From: Nitrosopumilus sp.
GTDB lineage: Archaea > Thermoproteota > Nitrososphaeria > Nitrososphaerales > Nitrosopumilaceae
Length of the DNA: 64,000 nt
NCBI GenBank assembly: GCA_965238275.1
Contig: OZ250186.1
Span: forward strand, 768,001 to 832,000
Direction: 5' to 3'
How positions within the stretch are numbered: position 1 is the stretch's first letter; each line of letters opens with the position of its first letter. The notes beneath the pieces are model-generated. The model ran no database searches and had not been told where the DNA came from. It worked only from the letters and a program-made list of their open reading frames with translations. Both the position numbers and the translations under genes were made by a program. Shown here one piece after another: positions 49,997-60,606 of the stretch.

Positions 49997-50832
49997 GATC
50001 CCTGATGGTTCAGGGGACGTCCTCAGGCGCAGGCAAGACCACGCTGGTTGCCGCATTCTGCAGGATATTTTCGGATGTGGGGTACAGGGTCGCCCCGTTC
50101 AAGTCCCAGAACATGTCATGTCTTTCATACCGCGCCCCCGACTTTGAGATATCACGCGCGCAGGCCATACAGGCAGTGGCTGCAAGGTGCCCGATTACTG
50201 CTGATCTCAATCCGATCCTGCTCAAGCCCGACGGGGATCAGTCCAGCATGGTATACCTCAACGGCAGGCCCTACAGCAGGATGAATGCACAGGAATACTA
50301 CCACACCTTTGTAAACTCAGAAGGGGTCAGAGCCGCCTCTGCCTCGCTTGCAAGGCTGCAAAGGGAGTTTGATCTGGTGGTGCTGGAGGGTGCAGGCTCC
50401 CCTGCAGAGATCAACCTGCAGAGGTTTGACATTGCCAACATGCGCATGGCATGCAAGGCAAAGGCATGCGTCCTGCTGGTCTCTGATATTGACAGGGGCG
50501 GCTCCTTTGCAAGCCTGGCCGGAACAATGGCCCTGATGAGCCCAAGGCACCGGAGCCTGGTACAAGGCTACATACTCAACAAGTTCAGGGGGGATGTTGG
50601 TGTCCTCAAACCCGGATTCCAAAAGATCAAAAGGATTACCGGGGTGCCGGTAGTCGGCACCGTCCCGCTTGTCCGGCTGAATCTGCCAGAAGAGGACTCG
50701 CTGGATTCGAACCCTGAGGAGTTTGCCTGGGATGATGCAGGCATTAGTCAGCTTGATGCAGAACTGGACAGACTGGCCGGAATAGTAAAGGAACATGTGG
50801 ATCTTGCACGAATCAAGAGGATGATACTGTGA
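49993..50832 (+). CDS. cobQ: Cobyric acid synthase, synthetase domain only
   Basis: QGTSSGAGKT, PFKSQNM, NPILLKP, EGAGSPAEINL, NKFRGD, EEDSL; ends before any glutaminase domain. Confidence 0.9.
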   Translation: MRSLMVQGTSSGAGKTTLVAAFCRIFSDVGYRVAPFKSQNMSCLSYRAPDFEISRAQAIQAVAARCPITADLNPILLKPDGDQSSMVYLNGRPYSRMNAQEYYHTFVNSEGVRAASASLARLQREFDLVVLEGAGSPAEINLQRFDIANMRMACKAKACVLLVSDIDRGGSFASLAGTMALMSPRHRSLVQGYILNKFRGDVGVLKPGFQKIKRITGVPVVGTVPLVRLNLPEEDSLDSNPEEFAWDDAGISQLDAELDRLAGIVKEHVDLARIKRMIL

Positions 50833-51800
50833 TGTTTGAGCCGCTCCTTGTCATGGCAGCTGCCCTTGCAATAGACGCGGCCCTTGGCGATCCCGGAAAC
50901 AGGTACCACCCCACCGCCTGGATGGGGGGAATGATTGCAGCCATCACCGTCCGGGCGCGGAACATTCCTGGCAGGTTCGGCGGCGTTGCAGTGGTGGTGC
51001 CTGCAGCAGCTGCCGTGGCAGCATCCGTAACGATAATCCTGTACCTGTTTGATGCAGGCGCATCCGTACTTCCAGAATACCTGCAGGTTGCCGCATCCGT
51101 ACTGTTTGGCGGGCTCCTTCTCAAGACGACCCTTGCAGTAAGGGGCATGAAGAGGCATGCCGAGGCGGTGGTCGCATCCCTTGACCGGGACGACATTGGA
51201 GCTGCCAGGGTCGGCCTGTCTGCGATAGTCAAGAGGGACACCCGGAACCTGAACAAAAGGCACATCATATCCGGCGTGCTTGAGAGCATCAGCGAGAACA
51301 CAGTCGACGGAATTACAGGGCCGCTGTTCTACTATGCCATATTCGGACTGCCCGGCGCCTTTGTGTACCGTGTCATCAACACTGCTGATTCCATGATTGG
51401 ATACAGGACCCGCATGTTCCGGGACGTGGGATGGTTTGCAGCACGGTGCGACACAATTCTCAACTATGCCCCGTCCCGCCTCACCGGGCTGGTCATGGTG
51501 GTCTCTGCGGCCATGTTGCGTTACGACTGGAGGGGATCCTACTCCACCATGATGCGCGACGGCGCAAAGACTGCAAGCTCCAACGCCGGATACCCGATGG
51601 CGGCCCTTGCAGGCGCCCTCGGGACTCAGTTTGAAAAGATTGGCCACTACAGTCTGGGAAGCGGGGGCACACACCTGACAAGGGAGCATGTGCAGGCTGC
51701 AGTGTCCATAATGAGGCTCACATCCGTCCTATTTGTTATAGTGGTGTCTGCCCCGATCACTACGGCCCTCTTCCTTGCAGGATGGTGGATTCATGCTTAG
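50829..51800 (+). CDS. cbiB: Adenosylcobinamide-phosphate synthase
   Basis: GDP...HP, ES.SEN.VDG, YR..NT.DSM.GY, NAGYP.AA.AGAL. Confidence 0.94.
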   Translation: MMFEPLLVMAAALAIDAALGDPGNRYHPTAWMGGMIAAITVRARNIPGRFGGVAVVVPAAAAVAASVTIILYLFDAGASVLPEYLQVAASVLFGGLLLKTTLAVRGMKRHAEAVVASLDRDDIGAARVGLSAIVKRDTRNLNKRHIISGVLESISENTVDGITGPLFYYAIFGLPGAFVYRVINTADSMIGYRTRMFRDVGWFAARCDTILNYAPSRLTGLVMVVSAAMLRYDWRGSYSTMMRDGAKTASSNAGYPMAALAGALGTQFEKIGHYSLGSGGTHLTREHVQAAVSIMRLTSVLFVIVVSAPITTALFLAGWWIHA

Positions 51801-52518
51801 GGGGGCAGGCTCGGTCATCTCGTTTCTGACCATCCTCCCGTCGTCCGGTGGCCGTCTCGAGGAGACTGCAAGGCACATGTACCTTTTTCCCGCAGTCGGG
51901 ATCCTCATCGGGGTGCTTGCCGGCTCCCTGGCATTCGGGCTGTCATTGTTTCTGGATCCGCTGCTTGTCGGGGTTCTTGTTGCAGCGTTTCTTGCAATAA
52001 TCACCGGAATCCACCACACAGACGGCCTGGCAGATTTTGCCGACGGCCTCATGGCAAAAGGCGACAGGGAGCACAGGCTTGCGGCCATGAAGGACGTCTC
52101 GACTGGCTCTGCTGGAACAGTCAGCGTTGTACTGTACATGGCAGGCCTGATAGCGGCTGTATCCCTTGCCGACGGCCTTGACCTGCTCCGGGCAGTCCTG
52201 ATAAGCGAGATACTGGCCAAGTTCTCGATGGTACTGATGGCAGGCATTGGCAGTTCTGCGGCATCCGGCTCAAACTCGCCGTTTCTCCTTGCCATGAAGG
52301 ACAAGAGGAGGCTTGCAGCCGCGTTTGCAATCATGCTGGTGCCGGTGATGCTGCTGGGCGGAATCGAGGGACTGCTGATGCTTGGCATTGCCATTGCAGT
52401 GACGCTGTTCCTTCTGGCAGTCTCCACTAGGATCTTTGGCGGGATTACCGGGGACGTCCTTGGTGCCTCCAACGAGCTGACAAGGCTGTCGTGCATGGTG
52501 GTGTTTGTATCGGTATGA
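51793..52518 (+). CDS. cobS: Adenosylcobinamide-GDP ribazoletransferase
   Basis: FLT.LP, G..H.DGLAD.ADG, MKD..G, GG.TGDV.GA. Confidence 0.95.
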   Translation: MLRGAGSVISFLTILPSSGGRLEETARHMYLFPAVGILIGVLAGSLAFGLSLFLDPLLVGVLVAAFLAIITGIHHTDGLADFADGLMAKGDREHRLAAMKDVSTGSAGTVSVVLYMAGLIAAVSLADGLDLLRAVLISEILAKFSMVLMAGIGSSAASGSNSPFLLAMKDKRRLAAAFAIMLVPVMLLGGIEGLLMLGIAIAVTLFLLAVSTRIFGGITGDVLGASNELTRLSCMVVFVSV

Positions 52519-53099
52519 TTGGAATCATAATGGCAGGAGGCCGCGGCACTAGGATGAATGCCAAGACTGAGAAATTGCTCCTCTGCTACAAGAGGCCCGT
52601 GGTCGTTCATGTTGCAGACTCTATGAGGGACTCGGGATGCTTTGAGAGGATCATTGCTGCAACCAGCCCCAACTCCCCGGATACTAGGAGGCTTCTTGCA
52701 GGGCAGGGCATCGAGATCTTTGATACCCCGGGGACTGGATATGTCGGGGATCTGAACCGCGTCCTGAGATCGATTAGCGGCACGGCCCTTGTCACCTCAG
52801 GCGACCTGCCGCTGCTTGACGGCGACATGATACGAAAAATACTCCGGTGCCATACGGCACAAAGCGCATGGACCAGCATACTTGTGAGCCGGCCGTTCCT
52901 TGATTCCCTGGGGCTGGATGTAGGGGAGTGCATAGAACACGAAGGCAGGTTGTGCTGTTACTCTGGAATATCCGTTGTCAACTCGGACGGAATATCCTCG
53001 CTTGAGGCAATGCCTGAGAGCCGCGTGATAGTTGATGACCGCAGAATAGCATTCAATATTAATACGCCAAAAGACTATGACCTACTCGGCGCTGCCTGA
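52515..53099 (+). CDS. cobY: Adenosylcobinamide-phosphate guanylyltransferase
   Basis: MAGGRGTRM..EK, TSPN.P.T, G.GYV.DL, NINT..D. Confidence 0.88.
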   Translation: MIGIIMAGGRGTRMNAKTEKLLLCYKRPVVVHVADSMRDSGCFERIIAATSPNSPDTRRLLAGQGIEIFDTPGTGYVGDLNRVLRSISGTALVTSGDLPLLDGDMIRKILRCHTAQSAWTSILVSRPFLDSLGLDVGECIEHEGRLCCYSGISVVNSDGISSLEAMPESRVIVDDRRIAFNINTPKDYDLLGAA

Positions 53100-53279
53100 G
53101 ACCCTGCCGTATATGACTGCCTTGGAGCCTGTGGGCTCTGCAAGCACGTTGCCGCAGGAGTTGCATGCAACCTGGGTTGAGGCATGCGAGTACAGTACCT
53201 GCTCCTCCTCACATTCGCCGCATATGACCTTCTGAAACTTGCTGGAAGGCTCTGGAATATCGATGTGATTCTTCTTCAT
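53082..53279 (-). CDS. rps27e: 30S ribosomal protein S27e
   Basis: P.SKF..V.C.EC..EQ..YSHA...V.C..CG..LAEPTG. Confidence 0.95.
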   Translation of the reverse strand: MKKNHIDIPEPSSKFQKVICGECEEEQVLYSHASTQVACNSCGNVLAEPTGSKAVIYGRVSGSAE

Positions 53280-53557
53280 GTTGCCACCAACTCAAACTTT
53301 TTTATCCTGATGCCAGGCTTGTTGAACTTTTTCTTGCATACGGTGCATGTAAGGATCGGCGTGACCTTCTTGGTGACCTTGGCAGGCTTGGCCAGCTTTG
53401 GGAACTTTTGTCCCCCGTAGCCGTGCTTGCGCTCGGCATGCCTGCGCTCACCCCTGGCAGAACCGCGCCTCTTTCCGGCCTTGTATATGGAGACCTTTTG
53501 CTCCGTGTGCGTCCTGCACTTTGAGCAGTACTTCCTTATCATCTTGGGAATGTTCAC
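53276..53557 (-). CDS. rpl44e: 50S ribosomal protein L44e
   Basis: YC.KC..HT, GYGGQKFP, K.TKK. Confidence 0.96.
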   Translation of the reverse strand: MNIPKMIRKYCSKCRTHTEQKVSIYKAGKRRGSARGERRHAERKHGYGGQKFPKLAKPAKVTKKVTPILTCTVCKKKFNKPGIRIKKFELVAT

Positions 53558-53616
53558 ATCAACAAGACCGCCCCATCCGTAATTTAAGCATTGAATCTAA
53601 ATAGGAATAATCCGGA

Positions 53617-55395
53617 ATGCATGGTATGGATTCACGTCTGGCAGACATGTTCCCGTCGCTGACAGCAGTGGCCATGGGGGACAGAAAGGCCGATCTCATA
53701 TTGAAGGACTGCCGCCTAGTCTCGGTGTACACCCGGGAGATAATCCCCGGGACCCAGATTGCCATATACCGGGACAGGATTGCATACGTGGGTGATGATG
53801 CAGGCCACACGCAGGGCCCTGATACCAAGGTAATCAATCTTGGCGGCCGGTATGTCTGTCCGGGACTTGCAGACCCGCACCTGCACATAGACCAGTTCGT
53901 GCTGCCTTCCGAGTTTGCCCGGATGGCGCTGCCCTGCGGCGTCACATCGCTCTTCTCGGATCCGATCGATGCTGTAAGCGTTGCCGGATACAGGGGGTTT
54001 GAGGAGTTTCTCCGCCTTGGGGAGGGCCTGCCAATCCGGATATTCCAGACGGTTCCAGGCGGCCTTCCAGTTGATCCAAAGTTCAGCAGGAGCCAGACCA
54101 TGACCCTGTCTGAGGAGAAGGCCGCCCTCAGGCACCGGCACGTGCTTGGGATGGGGGAGGTATTTTCATGGACCAAGGTGACCCTTGGCGATTCCCGCAC
54201 TGCCAGATCCATATCTGCCATGCTCGAGGGCAACTGCATAATCAACGGGCATACGGCAGGCGCATCCGGAAGAAAGCTCAATGCGTACGTCGCCTCCGGA
54301 ATCATCTCGTGTCATGAGCCGATAAACCTTGATCAGACCCTTGAGAGACTGCGCCTTGGAATGTGGGTGATGATACGGGAGGGCTCCATAAGGCGCGATC
54401 TGAAGGAGATAATCCCTGGCATCCTTGCAGGAAATACGTCCATTGACAGGCTGATGTTCTGCACCGACGGGCTGGATCCGGCAGAGATTGCAGGGTATGG
54501 CCACATTGACCACTGCATCCGGGAGGCAGTAAGGCTCGGCCTTGATCCGGTAGATGCCATCACCATTGCCTCGCGGAACAGCTTTGACTACTACGGCATG
54601 GGGCGGGACCTTGGGGGAATCGCGCCCGGCAGGCTTGCCGACATGATAGTCTTTGATGATCTGCAGTCGTTTAGGCCCGGAATGGTCTTTACCGGGGGCG
54701 TGCTTGTGGCATCTGACGGCAGGATGACGGCACCTGTCAGAAAAAAAAGGATCCCTTCATGGGCGCGCGATACGGTCCGGCTGGAGAGGCTCTCTGCAGG
54801 CGACTTCCAGGTGCGATCAAGAAAGGATGTCACGGCAAACACCATATTCATGATTACCGAGATTGTCACCCGTGTTGGTTCTGCCCGCCTGTCCTCTGAC
54901 GGTCAGAATGTCGGTGCGTCGCCTGACAGGGACGTATGGAAGGTGGCAGCATTTGACCGGATCCGGGGGACGGGCAGGCGCTGCGTGGGATTTCTTGAGA
55001 ACTTTGGCGCCGAGATCGGCGCATTTGCCTCCACACGGAGCTTTCATGAAAACGACATGATCGTAATAGGATCAGACGACTCTGACATGGCTGATGCTGC
55101 CAACTGCGTCATCCGGAACAGGGGGGGAATGGCAGTGGCAAAATCCGGCAGGATTATTGCCTCGATGCCTTTCCAGTTTGCAGGCATTGCATCCACGGAC
55201 CCGTTTGAGAAGGTGCTTGAAAACTTTGAGGGAATAAACCACTCCATTACCGATGCCGGCTGCAAATTTTCCAGGCCGTGCCTGGTTCCGTTGTTTCTGC
55301 CGTTTCTGGCCCTGCCGTCGATCCGAATACTCTCAGGCGGGATGGTCGATGTAAGGGCAAGGCGCTACATCCGGCCCATCGCAGAGACCGGCTGA
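53617..55395 (+). CDS. ade: Adenine deaminase
   Basis: PG..D.H.HI, GH..G, HE, REGS, CTDG, G.IAPG..AD. Confidence 0.9.
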   Translation: MHGMDSRLADMFPSLTAVAMGDRKADLILKDCRLVSVYTREIIPGTQIAIYRDRIAYVGDDAGHTQGPDTKVINLGGRYVCPGLADPHLHIDQFVLPSEFARMALPCGVTSLFSDPIDAVSVAGYRGFEEFLRLGEGLPIRIFQTVPGGLPVDPKFSRSQTMTLSEEKAALRHRHVLGMGEVFSWTKVTLGDSRTARSISAMLEGNCIINGHTAGASGRKLNAYVASGIISCHEPINLDQTLERLRLGMWVMIREGSIRRDLKEIIPGILAGNTSIDRLMFCTDGLDPAEIAGYGHIDHCIREAVRLGLDPVDAITIASRNSFDYYGMGRDLGGIAPGRLADMIVFDDLQSFRPGMVFTGGVLVASDGRMTAPVRKKRIPSWARDTVRLERLSAGDFQVRSRKDVTANTIFMITEIVTRVGSARLSSDGQNVGASPDRDVWKVAAFDRIRGTGRRCVGFLENFGAEIGAFASTRSFHENDMIVIGSDDSDMADAANCVIRNRGGMAVAKSGRIIASMPFQFAGIASTDPFEKVLENFEGINHSITDAGCKFSRPCLVPLFLPFLALPSIRILSGGMVDVRARRYIRPIAETG

Positions 55396-55528
55396 CCATT
55401 CCAGACGGGTTCGTCTGATGTACAGGCTGATAATCGGCAGTCCGGCGCGTGCTGCGTCTGCGCCAGGACATCCGTGCAGCTGCCGGATACATGCCAAACA
55501 GAGCCGGTTCAGTATGCAAGGGTGGGTA

Positions 55529-56323
55529 CTAGCCTGGCAGCATCCGGTGCAGCATGAGGAGGCCTCCCTGGTACACGCCCTCCAGAAACTCCCAGAAGAG
55601 CCTTGCAGCCGCGCTGAAGATCAGCGCAGACAGGATTATCTGCATCTGCCTGCCTTTCAGCCTGCCAGACAGCCTGACTCCGAGCAGTCCGCCGGCAAAC
55701 CCTCCTGCCAGCAGCAGTGCGGCCTGATACATGTCCGGATGACCAAGCGACCCGTGCACTATTAGCCCTACAAAGGCGATGACCAGCAGCGCAGGCTGGG
55801 ACATGACTGCCACCTCCTTCATCTTCATTCCCATGACAAGCACCATGAACGGCACGATGACTACGCCCCCGCCGATCCCAAAAAAGCTGGACACGATTCC
55901 TGCAGAGATGCTTGCAAGAACCATCATGACTGCCATGAACCGCATCGGGCTGTTTCCCCTCTCCTTCATCTTGCCCCGAAACAGCATGTACGCGCTGATC
56001 GCAAGTATGCTGCCGAGCATGACGTTGAAGAGATCCGATTCTGTGTACTCGGCCATCAGCGCCCCGAGGGCCGTACCCGGAATCGACATGAGGCCCAGCT
56101 TTAGTCCAAGGGAGTATTTGATCTTCTTTCTTACTGTGTGGGTGAGTGTGGCTCCGCCAAGGTTGCCAAACGTGCCAAAGAGACTGTTGCTTGCAATGAG
56201 TGACGGGGGGAATCCGAGAAACGCAAGAACCGGGGATATCATGATTCCGCCGCCAAAACCGACCATGGATCCTGCCGTTCCTGCACCAAATCCCAAAAGT
56301 ATCAACCAAAGGTTCTCCAGCAT
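55529..56323 (-). CDS. TauE/SafE sulfite exporter family membrane protein
   Basis: Duplicated G.GGG...P motifs; multiple transmembrane segments. Confidence 0.88.
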   Translation of the reverse strand: MLENLWLILLGFGAGTAGSMVGFGGGIMISPVLAFLGFPPSLIASNSLFGTFGNLGGATLTHTVRKKIKYSLGLKLGLMSIPGTALGALMAEYTESDLFNVMLGSILAISAYMLFRGKMKERGNSPMRFMAVMMVLASISAGIVSSFFGIGGGVVIVPFMVLVMGMKMKEVAVMSQPALLVIAFVGLIVHGSLGHPDMYQAALLLAGGFAGGLLGVRLSGRLKGRQMQIILSALIFSAAARLFWEFLEGVYQGGLLMLHRMLPG

Positions 56324-56751
56324 TACATTTTTCTAAAATGCCATTTATTAAATCCGTACATTCGGGTTCTTCCTGCAAACGGCGTCCTGTTTTTCACGGC
56401 CGCGCCCTGACGACAGTACGTCCTGTGGCAGCCTGACAGCAGGTTCCAGATGATGGTCCGGTAATGTCACACTACAGGCGCCTTGCAGTATCCGGCGTTA
56501 TGGGGGATTCATGCGTGGCAGACATGCCTGGGAACCGGTAGGATGGACCAAACCCCCATCCATACGGGGTTGCCATGGCAGTCAGAATCTAAATTTTCGT
56601 TCAGACCGGCTGTGCCCACTCAGGCCGTCCCCAAACCTAGGCATGGTTATTTGCATGATTCATGCCCAGACAGATCCTGGCTCTGTGCACATGCCCGAGA
56701 ATGCTCAATTGAGTAATATTAAAAAGAGGGGCTTCATGCCCTGAAATCAGA

Positions 56752-58368
56752 ATGGCATCGATTCAGCAGGGACCAAACGGCCCAGTTTTAGTCTTGAAGG
56801 AGAGCGCCCTGCAGCAGAAGGGCAGGGACGCCCAGCAGAACAACATTGCTGCTGCAAAACTGGTCGCAGAACTGGTAAAGAGCAGCCTGGGGCCACGGGG
56901 GCTTGACAAGATGCTGGTTGATTCGCTAGGAGATGTTACAATTACCAATGACGGTGCAACAATCCTCAAGGAGATCGATGCGCAACACCCTGCAGCCAAG
57001 ATGATGGTGGAGATATCAAAGGCCGTAGACAACGAGGTGGGCGACGGCACGACCTCTTCTGTAGTGTTTGGAGGAGCACTGCTTGCACATGCAGAGGAGC
57101 TGCTCAAAAAGGATGTGCACTCTTCAGTTATTGTAGAGGGATTTCAGGCAGCAGCAGACAAGACCCTTGAGATACTTGCCCAGCTTGCCAACACCATACA
57201 GCCTGACGATGCCCAATCACTGACAAAGATTGCAACTACAAGCATGCAGTCGAAGCTTATATCAGAAGACAGCAGCATACTGTCCGAGGTTGTAGTTGAT
57301 GCAATACTCAAGGTGGTTACAAAGAGGGGCGGCAACTACTCTGTCGACCTTGACAACATCAAGGTGGAAAAGAAGACCGGAGGCTCTATCCAGGACACCC
57401 GGGTGATAGGGGGGATAGTCTTGGACAAGGAGATAGTCCACAGCGGAATGCCCACCAAGATAGGCAATGCCAAGATTGCGCTTATCAACTCGGCACTTGA
57501 GATTGAAAAGACCGAGATGAGTTCGGAGATAAGAATCACCGATCCCACACAGATGCAGATGTTCCTTGAAGAGGAGAACCGGATGCTCAAGGGTATGGTT
57601 GAAAAGCTGCACCGCGTAGGAACAAACGTCCTGATATGCCAGAAGGGCATAGACGACATAGCACAGCACTATCTTGCCAAGAACGGCATCCTGGCGGTGC
57701 GCCGTGTAAAGGAGAGCGACATGACAAAGCTTACCAAGGCCACAGGCGGCCGCGTTATCAATAACCTGGATGATCTCTCAGAGGAGGACCTGGGACAGGC
57801 GGATCTCGTACACCAGAAGAAGATAGAGTCTGACAAGTGGGTCTTTGTAGAGGGATGTCACAACCCACAGTCTGTTACCCTGCTGATTCGCGGAGGCTCC
57901 CAGAGGGTCATCGACGAGGTAGACCGCTCCATCCATGACGCCCTGATGGTGGTAAAGGATGTAATTGAGACGCCCCAGATCGTCGCAGGCGGGGGCGCAC
58001 CCGAGGCGTTTGTTGCCACCCAGATCAGGGAATGGGCAGACCACTTTGACGGACGCGAGCAGCTTGCCATTAAAAAGTTTGCCGAGGCACTGGAGACCAT
58101 CCCATTAACCATTGCAGAGAATGCAGGCATGGATCCAATTGATACCATGGCCACGCTGCGCTCAAAACACACACAGGGAAACAAGTGGACCGGAATTGAT
58201 GCAAGGAACGGAAAGATCGCCGACATGTTTGCCATTGATGTAATAGAGCCCGTCGTGGTAAAGGAGCAGATAATAAAATCTGCAACAGAGTCGGCGTGCA
58301 TGATTCTCAGAATCGACGACGTGATTGCCGTGTCCGGCGGTCCTGGCGGCGGCGGACCCATGGGATAA
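56752..58368 (+). CDS. ths: Thermosome (group II chaperonin) subunit
   Basis: SLGPRG.DKM, TNDGATIL, GDGTTS, GGGAPE. Confidence 0.97.
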   Translation: MASIQQGPNGPVLVLKESALQQKGRDAQQNNIAAAKLVAELVKSSLGPRGLDKMLVDSLGDVTITNDGATILKEIDAQHPAAKMMVEISKAVDNEVGDGTTSSVVFGGALLAHAEELLKKDVHSSVIVEGFQAAADKTLEILAQLANTIQPDDAQSLTKIATTSMQSKLISEDSSILSEVVVDAILKVVTKRGGNYSVDLDNIKVEKKTGGSIQDTRVIGGIVLDKEIVHSGMPTKIGNAKIALINSALEIEKTEMSSEIRITDPTQMQMFLEEENRMLKGMVEKLHRVGTNVLICQKGIDDIAQHYLAKNGILAVRRVKESDMTKLTKATGGRVINNLDDLSEEDLGQADLVHQKKIESDKWVFVEGCHNPQSVTLLIRGGSQRVIDEVDRSIHDALMVVKDVIETPQIVAGGGAPEAFVATQIREWADHFDGREQLAIKKFAEALETIPLTIAENAGMDPIDTMATLRSKHTQGNKWTGIDARNGKIADMFAIDVIEPVVVKEQIIKSATESACMILRIDDVIAVSGGPGGGGPMG

Positions 58369-58399
58369 GATAATACCGTCCATACACACAATTCCATTA

Positions 58400-59260
58400 T
58401 TGCACCGAATCGGCGTGGATCTTGGTGGCACGAAAACCGAGGCCGTACTGCTCAACGAATATCTTGACGTGGTAAGAAGGACCCGCGCCCCCACGCCGGG
58501 GGACTATCCCGGCATTATCGACGTGATATCCCGCCTGGTCGCAGCCATGTCTGACGGCATACCCTCCTACTCTGTCGGCGTGTGCACGCCGGGCATCGCA
58601 CCTGACGATGCCGGGCTGGTAAGAAACAGCAACACCGGCTGCCTGATCGGCCGTCCCCTCAAGAAAGATCTCCAGGACGCCTTGGGCACGAAGATCGTGA
58701 TGGACAACGATGCCAACTGCTTTGCGCTGGCCGAGGCCCGAATGGGTGCCGCCCGGGGGTTTGGGCTGGTCTTTGGCGTGATCATGGGAACCGGCGTGGG
58801 AGGCGGGATTGTCATGGATGGAAAAATCCACCGCGGCCGAAACGGCATCGGGGGCGAATGGGGGCATCAGGTGCTGCACCGCGGCGGGCGTCCCTGCTGG
58901 TGCGGCGGGGCCGGATGCGCAGAGAGGTATCTCAGCGGGCCATCGCTGGAGGCAAGGTGGAAGGAGATTGCCGGCGCGGAAATGCCCATTCCGGAGATAG
59001 TGCGCAACCTCGACTCTGAACCCGGCAGGGCGTGGAGGGACGAGTTTCTAGAGGACTTTGGGTACGGCATTGCCGGCATCATAGACGTGCTGGATCCTGA
59101 CGCGATCGTGCTCGGCGGCGGACTGTCAAACATAGACTTTCTGTACACCCAAGGGGTCGAGTCCGTGCACAACAAGGTCTTCTCGGATCGCCTCGCTACC
59201 CCGATACTGAAAAATGCGCTAGGCGATTCTGCAGGCGTCATCGGGGCCTGCCTGATCTGA
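58400..59260 (+). CDS. ROK family sugar kinase (fructokinase/Mak-like)
   Basis: DLGGTK, NDANCFALAE, GTGVGGG, GEWGH, C.CG..GC.E. Confidence 0.92.
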   Translation: MHRIGVDLGGTKTEAVLLNEYLDVVRRTRAPTPGDYPGIIDVISRLVAAMSDGIPSYSVGVCTPGIAPDDAGLVRNSNTGCLIGRPLKKDLQDALGTKIVMDNDANCFALAEARMGAARGFGLVFGVIMGTGVGGGIVMDGKIHRGRNGIGGEWGHQVLHRGGRPCWCGGAGCAERYLSGPSLEARWKEIAGAEMPIPEIVRNLDSEPGRAWRDEFLEDFGYGIAGIIDVLDPDAIVLGGGLSNIDFLYTQGVESVHNKVFSDRLATPILKNALGDSAGVIGACLI

Positions 59261-59312
59261 GGCCGCGCATTCTTGGGGCGTGATTCTGGCACTGCCTATA
59301 GTGAAAAGCGAA

Positions 59313-60606
59313 AGACGCCATGTGTTGCCGTTGTAACGGTGATCATGGCATTTACCCTGTTGGACCTGAGAGTCGACACGAACTTGCCACTTATGATGGC
59401 GTGCGAAAGAGTGACTCAAGGTATGCGGATGGTCAAATACCGCTTTGACGGTGAATGGGAGTTTTCCGCTGGTCGGGTCCGATATGCTGCAAAGGAGGTG
59501 ATAGCACGTATTACATTGGAATAGACGTTCACAAAAAGAAATGCGTTTCAACCATCAAGGGCAAAACCAACAAGATACTAAGGCAGGCTGAATTTGACAA
59601 TAATGTCCGGGGAATAACCGAATTCGTCAAGATGATCCGCAAGGAAGGATACGTGCCGGCTACGGCCGTCTGCGAATCCACGGCCAACTACTGGATAGTC
59701 GTGCACGACATGCTCGAGGATGTCGGCATCAACACCCTGCTGGCCCACCCACACAACACGAAGATCATAACCGAAACCGTCTACAAAAACGACAAGGCAG
59801 ACTCGGCAAAGCTGGCAGACCTGTGCAGGCTGGACATGATCCCGGAGTCGTTCGTGGCCGACAAGCCCGCGCGGGACCTGCGCGAACTGACCCGCACCCG
59901 CCTGGGCATGAAGATGTACGCCACCGCCCCAAAGAACCGCATCCACGCGATCCTGGCCAAATACCCGCACGAGCAGCCCAAGGGAGGACTTTACGGGACC
60001 TGGACTCGAGTGGCTGCAGGCCGTGCCCCTGAGGGAGGTTGACCGCATGGCGGTGCAGTCGCATCTGGCCACCATCGATACCGTACTAAAGCAGGTGGCA
60101 AAATTTGAAAAAAAGGTAGCCGGGATTGCAATGAGCGACAGGAGGGCACAGCTGATCATGACCATACCCGGAATAGGCTACGTTACGGCAGTAACCATAC
60201 TTGCCGAAATAGTCGACCACAGCAGGTTTGCTGACGCCGAAAAGATGGCCTCATACGCCGGCCTGGTGCCAAAACACCACAACAGCGGGGAGACCGTCAG
60301 GACCGGCGGCATCACAAAACGCGGCTCCGTCTGGCTGCGCCGCGCCATGGTCGAGGCCGCGTTAGTTGCCGTCCAGCACGATGTCCGGATAGGGGCGCGC
60401 TACCAAAGACTGGCAACCCGCATAGGACCCATGAAGGCAAGGGTCGCCGTGGCCAGGCAGATGCTCGAATGGGTCTGGGAGATGCTTGAGCACAGCACCG
60501 AGTACAGGACCCAGGACAGGGATCTTGTAAGACGAAAATTCCAGAGAATAAAACGCATTGCCGACACACAACATCAACGGGTTTGGATGCCCGTAACACA
60601 TGGGAG
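59313..60606 (+). mobile_element. IS110-family element
   Basis: AG core at both junctions (59313-14, 60605-06); subterminal inverted repeat CCATGTGT/ACACATGG; removal restores the host TIR. Confidence 0.87.
59317..59480 (+). ncRNA. Candidate IS110 bridge RNA
   Basis: 5' hairpin, outer stem GGACCTGA/TCGGGTCC and two internal-loop hairpins; loop 1 strands ACACGAACT and GTGCGAAAG match the target, loop 2 ATGGGAG matches the element end. Confidence 0.75.

Noticed and set aside
59288-59300. GGCACTG as an IS26-like TIR start for the second tnpB
   Set aside because: No matching right end; the TA-flanked 25-bp TIR pair explains the boundaries better.
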